In this document: piece after piece, positions 50,700 through 64,000 of the stretch
Position numbering within the stretch: the stretch's first letter is position 1
Layout of the letters: every line of letters starts with the position of its first letter
From: Geosiphon pyriformis uo1
Lineage: Eukaryota > Fungi > Glomeromycota
Reading direction: 5' to 3'
DNA length: 64,000 bases
NCBI GenBank assembly: GCA_016748015.1
Contig: JAAOMT010000226.1
Location: 287,250 to 351,249, forward strand
Notes under the pieces: generated by a model
Databases searched by the model: none
What the model was told of the DNA's origin: nothing
Seen by the model: only the letters and a program-made list of their open reading frames with translations
Translations under genes and position numbers: made by a program

Positions 50700-52880
50700 T
50701 TATTTTTATTATATTTTATAAGTAAAATTCAAATATTATCTAATATAATACATCAAACTAAGTAATTTAAACTAAATATAAATTATGTATTTTTTTATAT
50801 AAGATTAATCACTTGGATTAATTAAAACAATATTATATATTTATACAGAAACTAATTTTTTAATACTTAAGAAAAAAAAATATATTTATATATACTAAAA
50901 CTAATTTTGAATGCTTTAATAATTTTAAGCAGCATAATTATACTACTAGATAACACAAACAAAAAATTATTAACAATAACAAGTCTAATCTTATTATATA
51001 AAATTAAATCTTTTTTTTATAAAAATTTAAAATAAACAAGCCAAATATTTAGCTTATATATTAATTCTAAATTATGCACAAAATTTACAAATTTTTTATT
51101 AGTAGTTTTAGTATTCTTAAAAACAAATAAAAACTTATAAAGCTAATTTTTAAAAACAAAATTTTTATATAAAGCAATATATATAATAATATTAAATAAA
51201 CATAAAAAAAGCAGTTAAAACACACATAATAATAATCTGTATAAATTAAATTCAGTTTTTAAATAGTTATATATATTTTAAATATGTTTTTATATGTTTC
51301 AACATTTATTTTACATAAAAAAAGTGGTTTAAAAATTCAATTTTATTATATTAAAAATACAAAGTATAATAATAATATTTATTATACAAATATTTACAGA
51401 TAACTATAAACAATTGATAATACAAGATTTTCATAAAATAAAAATATGTATTAATTATAACTTTGCTTATAAAACCAGTTGTTTTATAAAAATTAGATTC
51501 AATCAATATTTCTAATTAAATTAATATTTAAAATCTTAACAACAGACTTAATTTTTTAATAAATACAATAAACTACTTAAAAAATTTTATGAATAAAATA
51601 TTTTGAATTTTTTATTATAACCAAATAATTAATTATAATAAACTTTTTTCAAACATAGATCAAAAATACTGTATTTAAAAATAAAACAGTACTAACCAAA
51701 AAATTAGTTTTTTTATTGTTTAAAATACCAAAATAACTTTTAACTTTATATTAATTAATATATAGATTTTTTTTTAATAATATTTAAAATATGCTGTCAT
51801 TTAATTTAATAATAATTATAAAAGTTTAACAAAACTAATACCAATTTTAAAGAACATATATTCAAAACTATTTAGCTGTTAAAAAATATTTTAATTATAT
51901 AAAAAATAAAAATACATTATAATACTAATATAATAATCTGTAATTTAGCTATTATAAAAAAAATCAAACCAATTACTTTGATATTTATACTTAAATTCAG
52001 ATTTTTAAAAAATACTATAATACTAGTTTTCATATTAGTAATATTCAAATTGCTTAAAAAACCACCAATATAAATAAACAAATAAATTATATAAATATCA
52101 AGCAACTAATTACAAATCAAACTAAATTCAACCAAATTTAATATATTTAAAAACTGAAAATTAATAGTTAAAAATAAGTCAATATTATAAAAAATTAAAC
52201 TGTTTAAAAACTTAGTTGCCAAAATAAACTACTTAAAAATTAAGTCTTGAGAGTTTAATTTTTTTTAATATATAAAAGTTTTCTAGCTAAAAACATTTTT
52301 ATTTTTGTTATGTAATTGTTTAATAAAAACAATATTAAACTATTTAAGTAAATAAAACATTTTTAAAAAAGTTAAGTTATCTAAAACTATTAACATTAGA
52401 GTTTTACTTAAAAATCAAAATACAGAACACAAAAAGTTAACCAAAAACAAATTACAACCATGAAAAATTTTAATCATATTAATCAAAAAATTGTTAATAA
52501 AGTTGATATTAAAACAAACCAAAAAACATGTAAAAAAAAACCCAATTTAAAATTTGAAAATTCAAAGATCTATAATTAAACAGTTAGTTCAAAATATTAT
52601 TAATATTAAAAAAATTCAATAATAAAGTCAATTTGTATTTAATTTGTATCTGTTTAAAAAATTTTAAGCTATGTAAAAAAAGTAATAGATTATATTACTT
52701 AAAAAATCTAAAAACAAACTAGATTTTAATTTTAAATTCTTTCAAATCAAAGTATTTTATTTATTGTACATACTAATTAAAATAAAGTTCAACTAAGTCC
52801 TATAACTAATGATAAAATATAAAATTACTAAAACAAAATAAAAAAATTATTTATTTAAAATAAATTTTCTTAATATTATA
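50700..52880 (-). mobile_element. 5'-truncated LINE fragment (post-RT region, RNase H, C-terminus, 3' UTR)
   Basis: ORF 51917-52105 LFIYIGGFLSNL...IAKLQIIILVL parallels the RNase H relic of the + strand LINE (~58705-58860); the reverse complement of 50700-50990 aligns with 59830-60120. Confidence 0.75.
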
Positions 52881-53514
52881 TATTATATTATCAAATAAAA
52901 TAATAACAAATTATAAATTAACAAATAAATAAAGCTATTTTTATTAATTAAATTATATTTAAATAAATTAATTTTTATTTAAATTTATATAATTATATTT
53001 TATTATAAAAATTAATAAATAAAGTATATATAAAATTAATTAGTTTTAATATACAAATATAATATTATCAAAAATAATTTGTTTTTTATATTAATTTTTA
53101 AAAACAAATTTTTGCTTAATATTATATATAAAGAGTTATTAAAAACTCTAAATAATACTACTTAAAAAACTAAAAAAAATACAATATAATAATTAAATGA
53201 AAAAATTTTTATATTTATTTAAGTATTAAATAATTTAATTAAATATTTATATTATTAATATACAAAATACATAATTTGAAAATTTGATCTTATTATAGTA
53301 AATATATAAAACATTAAATAAAATTTGTTGTATAATTTTTTTTAATTATTATTAACAACTTTTTATAAATTGTTTTTATTATATATTTACTTATAAAATC
53401 TATTATATGTAAATTAAAATAAAAAATTTTTTCTTTTGTTAATCTTTTGGCCATAATAAAAGCATAAAATTATCGAAAAAATAGCTTTTCTTTCCTTCTT
53501 TTTTTTTTGTTATA

Positions 53515-55409
53515 ATAGAACTAATAAACTTTTTTGCTAGTAATTTTGATTTAAATTCGGCTGGTTTAAAAACCTGCTTAAATACTAATAAAAAACATAT
53601 AGAAAATGTCTATTTTTGTAATATATATTACAAAAAACCAAAAAAATTTGTTATAAATATTGGTATAGTTAACTTGTCTACTGGCTTTTTAAGACTTAAA
53701 AATATTAGTAAGTCTGGTAAAAAGTCTGTAGTATTTTTGAAAAGCAAAATTAGCAGTGAAACTAGTAATATTAGTAATCTGTTAAATATAGAAAATATAA
53801 AAAACATAATTGCTAAAGAAACTAGTTATGTAGATTTAAATACTTTAGTAGTTAACAATAATATAAATAATATAATACTATAAAAAACTTATATTTAAAC
53901 ATATATATTAGATGATCTACCAAAAACTTTTTTATTTATGGATTTAAGCAATGACAAAAATGATTTAATGCTTCCATTATCTAAGTTTAATGACTTTAAA
54001 CAATTTTTATTGGTCAAATTATGTGTCTTGAAAAAATAGAGTTTTAATTTGGCAAAATTTTTTGTGTTAGATATTAAGTTTTCTGTTGTGCTTAAAAAAA
54101 CTTTTGGTAATAAATTATTAAATATAAAAAAAATTTATTATTATGTTGATAGTTTTGAGAAAATATTAACTTTTTCAAAATTTTTAGGTATTATTAAATC
54201 ATTTTTTATATTTGAATTAAACTTAAATAAAACTAAAAAATTGGCTATTTGTAAAAAAATCTTGGTCAATAATAATATTAGAAAAATAAACAATTATATG
54301 AATTAAGAAGTAATTGTTAAGAAAATTTTAGTCAATTTTTCTAAATTGGTTGTAAAATTAGTTTTTTTAAAATTTAAAAAAATTATGTCTATCAAAATAC
54401 AGCTTATTGGTCTTTGACAAAAAATCTTAGTGAAATTAAAATTATTAAAAATTGCTGATTTGGTTGTTTTTAAATAGTGTGTATTTATGAAAAAAATTTT
54501 TGTTTGTATGACTAAAATAATGAATAACAAACAAACATGAGTGTTTAAAAATTTTTATTAGATTTTGTTATATACTTTGCCAGTTAATACTATTGCTCAT
54601 AATTTTTCTAATTTGTTGAAATTATATGATAAAAAAACTTGCTCTATTGGTCACAATCCAAATTTATATATGTATAACAAATTTTTTGTAGTTTGTTTTA
54701 TTGATAAGACATTAAAAAAGCTGTTATTGGTTTTACCTTAGTTTTTAAGAATATTAATTTGTATTAGACTGGTCTTTTTTTGTCTGTTGTGCTTAGTCTA
54801 AACAATTTGGTTATGTTTTTAATGTGTATTTAGTAGATAAAAATTTAAGTGATTACAGTAAACAAATAATTAATTTTCAGAATCAGATTTGTTTAATAAA
54901 TATATATATAAAAAACAAGCACCAATTGCTTGTCCAATTTTATTTGGTAAAAAGATTTATGCTCAAATTGTTAATAGTTTTATTTTTTATGTGATGTCTT
55001 TGGTTTTTTTTGGTGCTAGTTTATTTTTGAATACTAAACTTTTTTTGTTGATTTTTTTGAAAATAAATAATAAGTTTGCTGCTTTTGAATGCAGTCTTAT
55101 TAACTTTGCAAAGCAAGTCAACAAGCTGGCTAAAAGAATAAATATACTTGAACTAATAGTTTTTTAGCTTAGTCCTAAATATTAATTATTAATAATCTCT
55201 TTATTACAAATTAAGAGACAGATATAGTAATAAGTAAAAATTTAAGTACAGTTATTAATAGTAAAACTATTGCAAAAACAGTATTTTTAAATTTGCCAAT
55301 AGTTTCTAAGTTAAAAAACAATATAATAAGTCTTTTTAATATAGTCATAAATTTTTTAGCCAAAGTGAACAATTTTAGTTTAAGTTTAAGATCTTATCTA
55401 TCTAAATAA
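53515..55409 (+). pseudogene. LINE ORF1 relic (RRM-like and Zn-knuckle-like regions)
   Basis: EVIVKKILVN...VFLKFKKIMSIKIQLIGL*QKILVKL (~54307-54440), LLYTLPV, Cys relic ~54785. Confidence 0.65.
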
Positions 55410-58400
55410 TTAATTTAGTCTAAAAAATTGCTATGTACAATATTAGAGATATCAATGTTTTTACTAAGTAGAAAAATATTGTTTATTGATATATTAATTC
55501 AAATAATATGATTTTTATTATTATAAAAACTAAATTAAAATTTAATATTAAGCCTTTAAATCATAAATAAGTTCAAAACAATACAAATTTTTACATCTGA
55601 TTTGAACAAAAGTTTTCTTAATATTGAAATAATTATTGCTATGAACAATTTTTTGGCTTGTTATGTCTTAAAAGTTTAAACAAAATTATTTTAATTTGTC
55701 TTCTATTTGAAAATAAACTTTTAGTAAAAATTTTAAAATTGTATCCTGGTGTTTTTGCTAACATTAAATTTGAGCAAACATTAAAAATTAATTTTTTTAT
55801 TGTTAAAGCAGTTAATTTTAATACTTTTGTGGTCTTGGGTAGAAATTTTAATAAAAATAAATCCAAAAAAAGTGCAAATTTCAAGTTTTGTTTAAATTTG
55901 AATTTGGTCAATGTATTTAATAAATATTTATTAATTAAAACTTCTATTTGATGCAATTTTAGAGGTGTTAAAAAGATGTTAAATTTTATATTTGTGAACA
56001 AAAATCTGGTATCTGCAGTTGCAAATCATAAAATTAATATAAATTATAAAACAGTTATATTTAGTTAATTTGGATGATTTTTTAAATATTTATCTTAATA
56101 GCATTTGTAAGCAAGCCAATAAAAATTAATAGAAATATAAAATAAAAATTGTAGATAAAAATAAGTAGATGTAATTTAAAGAACACTCTTTTACTAAGTT
56201 ATTAGCAATGTTAAGTATGTTTAAAAAAACAGAGAATTATAATGATTTAGATATAATATAAAAAATGTTAATAAAAGCTATAGTATAATTTGCTAATATG
56301 GTGTTTTTTAGAAATAATATAACAAATATAATTGTTTAAAAACAAGCAGTTATCAAGATTTTTTAAATTAAAATTGCTTGTTGTTAAAATTATAAAGAAA
56401 TAAAATTCTGAAAATCTGTTAAAATTTGAGTATCTTATCAAAGTTTGGTTGATTATTAATAGTATTAAGGCATTTAAGATAACCAGCATGATTCAAAATG
56501 ATATAAAATTAATAAATATTATTAAATATTTGTTAATAATTAAGAAAAAATAGCAAAATTTAAGTATTATAAATTAAAAGCATCTAAAAATTCAATTATT
56601 AAGAAAATAATTAAATAATATATGGAAAATTTCTGTTTTAACAAGAAGTGAATAATAAAAAATATTTTGAAATAGTCTTTTTACAAAGTTATTTTAGATT
56701 ATTTGGTGGTTAAAAATAAATTGGTAGTAAAATCTAATGAAATAAAGCTTAAAGTTAATGAAATTATGCTTTTGAACTATGTAGATAATGGTATTTTTTT
56801 TAATGTAATGAAAATAATTAATATGGAAAAGTTAGTTTTGGTAATTGATAGTTTGTCAAGTGATAAGACTGTTAAATTATCAGAAATTTCAAATAAACTA
56901 TAGAAACATTGTGATAATAAAGTGTTAAAATACTTTTTGAAGTTGTTGAATTTGTGTTTAATTTTGGATATGGCTCTAGTTTCTTGGAAGAGAGTATAGA
57001 TTTCAATAATTCCCAAATCTTATAAATAGAATAGTGTTTTAAAAAATATTTGGTTTATTGTATTGATTAAAACAGCTAAAAAAATTTTGTTTAAGATTTT
57101 TTTGATTAAATATTTTTAATATGTAGCAAATTCAATGTTTTTTGTAATAATAACTTTTTAGTATTAAAAGATACTTTAACTTAATATCTTATTTTTGTCA
57201 TTAAACCAGTTGTTAAAGATGTATTAAAAAAAAATAGAGAGCTTTAGTTGATTTTACAGAATATGTACTAGACATATAATTTAATAAAGTAGTATTATTT
57301 AAAGACTAGTTTGCTATATATCAAAATATATAATTAATTTATTGAGTTTTTTGGCAATATATATAAAGATTAAATTAATAGAATAATGACTAATTTTAAA
57401 CTCTCAGATAATTATAATATACATAATAGATTAAATTAAAATAAGATTTTTTTTCTTTTTTTTGAAAAATTTTTTATGATCCACTTTTGTGTAAAGTTAA
57501 AAGACATAAATACTTGTATAAATACTGAATTGATACTAAGCTTGTGGTTAAAACTAGCAAAATTGAAACTATTAAAAGAAAAACTTCATTTTTTACTGCT
57601 AGTGTTTTTGTTAATAACACAATTTGAATCAAAAGTAGCCAAGCTTTTACACAATATATTTTGAATATTGCTAATAAGTTTTTTAATGTCAATAACATTT
57701 CAATTAATAATAAAAAGACAGTAGCTATTTTTATCAACTAAGATATTAAGATTGTCTTATTAATAATTAGTGATTTGTCAATTTTAATTGCTAAAAAAAG
57801 TAAATTGCACAGATATTTAAGTATTTTTTTGTTAACTAAAAATTTTTTTAAGCTTAGTATAGTCCAAGCTTATGTAGATGTCAAATTTTTTTTAATATAG
57901 TATTAAGAAAAGTAATTATAAACAAACAGTTTTTTTATTTAATATTGACTGTTTTGTAATTTATAGTTAACTATTAATTACAGTTTAGTTTTGTTTTATT
58001 AAGTATGTATTGTAAATAAAATATAATAATTAGAAAAAGTCTTAAGACTAAAACTAATTTGCCATAAGGCTTTTTTAATAAAGTTCTGTATTATTCATTT
58101 TTATATGATCTAAAGCTTTTTAAACAAGTATAGTCAAAAGAAAAAATGGATTATTAGTTGTCTTTTTTAATATAATAAGCATTTTTGAGCACTTGTTTAA
58201 ACATAAATTCTTGGATTTGCAAGTTTTGAGGTAGTCTTTTTCAAATTTTTTGCAGTTTTCTGTCAAGTTATATGTTAGTCTAATAAACAATTTTTTGGCT
58301 GGAGTAATAAAAATATTTTTGAACAATAATTTATCTTTTGGTAAACAATTTGCTCAATATATTTTATGGTTTTGGCAAATTTTCAATGTTAAACATTTTG

Positions 58401-59990
58401 AGAAAATTCTTGTATTATAGCTTTGTTTTTTCTTTAAAGTGATTTGGAATTGTATTTATTAACAGGCTTCTAAACAAAAAAGATAATATGATAAGCTAGA
58501 AAATATTTTGCTAATAAAAAAACTGAATACAAAGAGCTTTGTGTCTTATTGATTCAAGCTAATATTTAAATTTTTGAGCATTAAGAGTTCTTTAATAATT
58601 AATTCTGCAAATGTTAATAGATTACTTGGGTTAAATGTTTTAAAATCTAAAGAGTTTTTTAATATGTCAGAAAGCTTGCTTGAGATTTGATTAGATTTTA
58701 TTGAAATCTATACAGATGAATTTTTAAAATACACTGGTTCTGTTAAAATCATTAGTAAAACAGTTACTTACTTTCCAGTTGTAAGTATGAATATTGGTAT
58801 TAGAGTACATAAGCTTTTGTTTTTTATAATAGCCAAATTATAAACTGTTGCTCTGTTTTTGGAATATGTTTTGTTTTTTTATGTAGTAGTTTTATATCTA
58901 AATAGTTAAGCTGTTATTAATATATATATATTTGAGGTTTTATTTGCTGTGCTAAACTTTTGTAATTAGTATTAGATAGAAAGAAAACATAGTGTTAATT
59001 TAATTAAAAATAAGAATCTTTTTATTAAAGAGTAAAAATTAAAAGTCATTCAAATATTTTAGACAATGTTAAAATTAATGTAATAACAAATAAGACCATA
59101 TATTTTTCTTTTTTTTGCCAATTAAAATTTGAAAATAGTTTATGATGGTTAAAAAAATAGCTGTATTTAGCAATACTTATTATTTTGTTCATAATTTGTA
59201 CAAGTCTATTTATTATACTCAATAAAAAACTGGCTCTAATTATAATATGATTCTAAGTATATTAATTAGAAAAGTGGATTGACTAACTATTGTAAAAGTC
59301 TGGCATCTTGATTTGCATATGTTTTTTGAATTTACTAATAAAAAATTTGTTAATTAGTATATATACTTAATAAAAGCTGTACATAGAAAACTATTAATAA
59401 TAGTTAGAAAAAAGTTATATAACAAGATATATCTTAATATACTATATTTACTGTATAATAAAATAGAGTTATCTGACCATGTTTTTACTTGTGTTAAGAA
59501 TAATAATATTTAGAAAAAAATTTTGGTAAAAGTTTTTGAACAATAAATTTTATTGGTAAATACTTGCTGTTTGTTTTTTTCTGCTGTCTTATATATATTA
59601 TCTTAATATTTGTCAAATATAGGTTTATATGTAGTAATTTGCAAAAAATTTATGCTAAGAAACTGATATACAAAAACTTGTATAGTTTTTAATAAAAAAA
59701 TAAAAACTGCTTCTACTATTGTTAAATATGTAGAAATTCTGGTAAAATTGCATTATATTAAAATATAACTTGTAAGATCTAAGCATAGAATAAATATAAA
59801 AAAAGTTAGGTTAATTAGAAATAGTAATTTGATTTTAAATTTGTCTTATAGTATAATATTTATGTTATTAAATATGATAATTTAGTTGCTTAGTATAGTG
59901 AAATTTTTTGTGGTTAATTTTGGTAAATACAAACTGTGCTCTTTTTTTTTTGGTTTAAGTAAAAATATATATATTAATATAGATATTTAG
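55406..59990 (+). pseudogene. LINE ORF2 relic
   Basis: APE: KIAMYNIRDIN (from ATxNVRG) and VVLGRNFN (from GGDFN); RT: SIIPKS, LQNMY*TYN (from QDxxKAYD), FVNN (from FVDD) at 57607-18; RNase H: IYTDEFL ~58708; HVFTC ~59478. Confidence 0.8.
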
Positions 59991-60125
59991 TGTTGTTTTA
60001 TTTGGTTTGAGTAATTGATCATATATAATAAAAACATAAATTGTATTTAATTTAAGCCATTTAGTTTAATTCTATATATTAAATAACAATTGAATTTCAG
60101 TCATAAAATGTTAATAAAAAAAATT

Positions 60126-63100
60126 TTTTAATATTATATTATTTTAAAACTGAAATAGTAAATAAAAAAGTAAAAAATATAATTCTATTAATAAATTTGT
60201 TAAAATATATATTTTAATATTATATTTAATATATATTATTTTTTAAGCTAATATTAATTGTAAAAATTAAAAAATATTAATTTAATTCCAAAAATCTAAA
60301 TATTTAAATACACAATTATTTTGTTAAATAATAAAATATATTCTAAGATTAAAATAATTGTTTAAAATTGAGCCAATATAAAAAAACCTAACTTATATAT
60401 TTTAATTTTTAATCTTAAATTTAAGTTTATAAAATATTTATAATATCATTAATAATAATAAAAAATCCCAAATTTTTTAAAAAATTATATGTAAAAATAT
60501 TTATTACTTTTAAATTTACTTTACAAAAACTATTATATATAACAATAAAGTTATTTAATTTGTATATATTATTTAAAAAAATATAAAATTACTTAAAATT
60601 AATATATTAAAAATATTTACTATTAATAAAATTAATTACTGAATTAAATATTAAAATATTAAATTCTTTAAATTTTTTTTTTAATAATAAAGAATTTTTT
60701 AATCAAAACAACAATTGTATTTGTTAACAAATAATTAATATATATTATCTTAAATTATATTAATAAAACTATTATTTTATAATAAAATTTTTTTTTAAGA
60801 TTTTAAATATAAAAATACTATTAATAAACTATATATTAGACAAATTGTTTTTAAAAAAAATATTATATTTTAAGAAAATTTTAGTCATACCAACTAAAAA
60901 ATTATTTATAGAACTAATATCTAATTTTATAAAAAACTAAACCAAAATTTTTAAATTTAAATAACAATACTTAAATAATCTATTAAAAAATACATTAATA
61001 TTACTTTTTTTTTGCTTAAATTTAATTAAAAAATTTAAAACCATAAAGTAATCAATAAAATTAATTTATAATTTATAATTAATTATAAATTAGAAAACAA
61101 TTAAAATCAAATATAAAAACTGTTTATTTAAAATTTTTTTAATATTATATTGACAAAAAATTTAATATTAAAGTATATTTTAATTATGTTAAATTTGAAC
61201 AAATTATTTATTAACAAATAAATATTTTTTTTATAATAAAAATTAACAAATTACTAATTAGCAAAAAGACTTCTTTAACTTTCTAATTAATAAAAAAAGT
61301 TATTGTTTATTAATATTTATTAAAATATTATTAATCATAAAAAATTTATTGTAATATTTAAAATATATCAAAAAATAATTTGATTATTCTCAATTTATAT
61401 TAATAAATATTTTAATTATTAAGTATAAAATTTATTTTATAATTACATAAATGGTTATGTTTTTTTATTTTACACAAAAATAATAATAGAAAATATTTTA
61501 AAAAATAAGAAAAAAACTTTATTTTGATCTATATTATTATTTATTACATAACTATTAATTAAAATAAAATCTGTTATTATTTTGTTTACATAATTATTGT
61601 AAATTTTTTGATAAATTTTTACATATCTTAATCTTAATTATTTACAAATAATATTAACCAATTAAAATATAGATTTTTACATATTATAAAATTAATCAAA
61701 ACTACTAATTTTTTCTAATACTTTTTTTTATTAATAATCAATTGTAAAAATCAAAAATTAAGTTAAAATGCTTTTCAAAACTGAAAAAATATTTATTCAA
61801 AAAACATTAAATTGCTATAAACAGTTAAAATATAATTAGATAAAATCTTAAAAAAAAATTTCTGATAGTATTAATTAAGATAATTAGACAAATATTTATT
61901 AAAATATTTTTTTATTAAGCTTAAAAATTATAAATATTCAGATTTTTTTTAAGATTTGAAAACTAAAAAATTATTTAACAAAAATTCATAAAATTTAAGA
62001 ATAATTTCAATATAAATTTATGATAATATTTTTAAAGTTTATTAAAAATATTAAATAAACTAGTAGTTTTGTTATTTGGCAAATTTTTAACTATATTAAA
62101 GCTTATTTAAATGTATTTTTTTGCTTTTAAAGTGTTTTTTTAAAAGTTAAAAACAGTTTTAATTTTATTGTTTGTTTTATAATTATTAATAATTATTAAA
62201 GAGCTTTTTATTTCTGTTTAAACTGCTTAGTAAAAATATTATTTAAAAAGATTATTAAAGTTAATTTAATTTATTTTTAAATTTTATATTACCAATTATA
62301 TTTTTTCGTTTTTGTATAAAAACACTATTAATAAAATTATAAGTTATCTTTTTTACTAGGTTTTTATTATTATAATATTATTAATAGTAATTGTTAAGTT
62401 TAATAAATATAACAAAAAAACAACAAATCAAAAAGAAAATATTTTTACAAGTTAAATTATTTTAATTTTATTATACTTTTATTATTTATTAAAAATCTTC
62501 AGAAAAATTAAAAATTTCACAATATAAAAATAAATTAAAACCAATAAATATTACTTGTTTTAGCTAGGATAATTAAAAAAAATTAATTTAAAAAACTTAG
62601 ATTTACTTTAATAAATTCAAGTAAAAATTTTAATTATATTAATATTTTTATTAATAAAAATTGGTTTAAAAAAACTAATATTAAATTAATATTAAATTAA
62701 TTAGAAATATAAAGCAAAAAATTGATCAAGTTTTATTTATTAATCATAAAATTATTTAAAAAAAGATATAATATATATTAAATAATAAAATAATTTAATT
62801 ATTTATAAACTTCTAATTATTATTTATTGTTTTAGTACAAAAAAATGAAAAACTCTGCTTTTGTGTAAACTATTAGAAGCTTAATAATATTATACATAAT
62901 AATAATTATTTAACTTTTATTATATAAAAAATACTATAATAATTAGTAATTATATATTTAAATAATATCAATATATTTTTTAATATATTTAATAAACATT
63001 TGTATTATTTACAACAAGCTTTTAAATAACTATAATTAGTTAAATTAAAACTTAATGTTAATAAATGCTTTTTTAAAAAAACAGAATTCAAGTTTTTAAA

Positions 63101-63540
63101 ACATATTATTCAAAAAAAAATTAAACTAAATTCAAAAAAAGTGATTAAATTAAAATTTTTTTAACATTCATCAATTTTACAGAATTAAAAAATTTTTTAA
63201 ACTGCTTGAATATTATTAAAAATTTGTTGAAACTTTTTGAATATTTTATAAATACTTTATTAACTATTAACAAAAAATATTAAATATAAATAAATTAAAA
63301 AACAATAAAAAACTAGTTGATTATTTAAAACATTAATTATAATCATAAACTTTTTATTTAAGTTTAAATAAATAAAAATTAAAAGTTTAATAAATTAATG
63401 TATTAAAACCTGTAATTGAAGCTATTTTATTACAATTTAAATTAAATTATTAAGAGTATTTAATAATATATTTTAACTAAAGTTTAAGTTTATTAAAAAA
63501 ATTATAAAATCACAAAAATAAAATGCTTAACTTTAGCATT
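60126..63540. other. Extremely AT-rich eroded sequence, probably an unrecognisable TE remnant
   Basis: Almost no CpG and very few G/C; no ORF of 60 aa or more in the track. Confidence 0.5.
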
Positions 63541-63550
63541 TGTGATTAAG

Positions 63551-63905
63551 GCTGCCCTGAGACGAGGTTTACCAAAATTGAATTCGAAATAGAGCTGGCT
63601 GGTTCCGTGGATATATTAACCACACGTCCTTTAGAATTACTTCGCAATAACTCTGATTTTCGAATCAAATTTTCCCGTAACAGAACTGAGAAGTATGTTC
63701 TCATTTTGTGTGCTGTTCTTAGTGTTTATTAGTTTTTGTTTCCATGTCTAACAATAATTTTATACTTTGTTTTCTAAGGGTCTCAAAAAGTACTCCAGTG
63801 ACAATACAAAATAGACCTGATCTTCTTGGATATGTTAAAGATGTACTAGTGATAAAAAATGAAGAGAGGGCTGCACGAACAATCTTGAAACTGCCAAAGA
63901 TCTAA
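63551..63905 (+). CDS. Last two exons of an unidentified host gene (63551-63692, 63779-63905)
   Basis: AG acceptor 63549-50; intron GTATGT...CTAAC...CTAAG (63693-63778); spliced frame is open: CPETRFTKIEFEIELAGSVDILTTRP...RTEK/VSKSTPVTIQNRPDLL...KLPKI*; CpG-rich. Confidence 0.7.
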
Positions 63906-64000
63906 TAGCCAATTTTAGCAAGCTCGATCCATTATATTTCGGTAGTATTAACTTTTTAATTTGTTATCCTGTAGCAAAGGACATTATGTGCTTTTATACA

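Larger units (their letters stand above)
53440..60125 (+). mobile_element. Near full-length, heavily eroded non-LTR retrotransposon (ORF1 + APE-RT-RNase H-CCHC ORF2)
   Basis: ORF1 and ORF2 relics in order, 3' UTR ending in AATAAAAAAAA ~60113-60123; boundaries approximate, TSD not identified. Confidence 0.85.

Noticed and set aside
12250-58326. Many short antisense and off-frame ORFs in the track (e.g. 12289-, 25705-, 25609+, 38483+, 40598-, 55639-)
   Set aside because: Shadows of TE coding frames or AT-rich low-complexity sequence with no independent motifs
50296-63540. Organellar or endosymbiont DNA suggested by the extreme AT content
   Set aside because: Contains recognisable eroded LINE motifs and no rRNA, tRNA or organellar genes; mutational erosion explains the AT richness

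Overview
AT-rich eukaryotic genomic DNA with spliceosomal introns and the standard code; the element families and protein style suggest a Glomeromycotina/Mucoromycota-type fungus (inference, not verified). About 40.5 kb (9801-50291) is one nest of Ty3/Gypsy LTR retrotransposons that can be resolved by LTR pairs, PBS, PPT and 4-bp TSDs. Outer element A (9801-50291) carries a reverse solo LTR E (15762-16789) in its RT and a full element B (19075-48505) in its integrase tail. B in turn carries full elements C (23278-33157) and D (36453-46019). All four full elements share an unusual layout: an ATG-less N-terminal extension that opens inside a highly structured U5 and reads through the PBS, then Gag-protease-Cys-rich domain-dUTPase-dUTPase-like repeat-RT-RNase H, a conserved STOP, integrase as a separate ORF, and a conserved non-Env ORF3 at the PPT. 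All copies are pseudogenised by pervasive C>T/G>A mutation, heaviest in the outer layer. To the right are two divergently oriented, heavily eroded LINEs (APE-RT-RNase H type) and an AT desert that ends abruptly at two intact host exons. The left 10 kb holds a host 3' exon, a Tc1 (DD34E) relic and a few degenerate genes. No rRNA, tRNA or CRISPR was seen.
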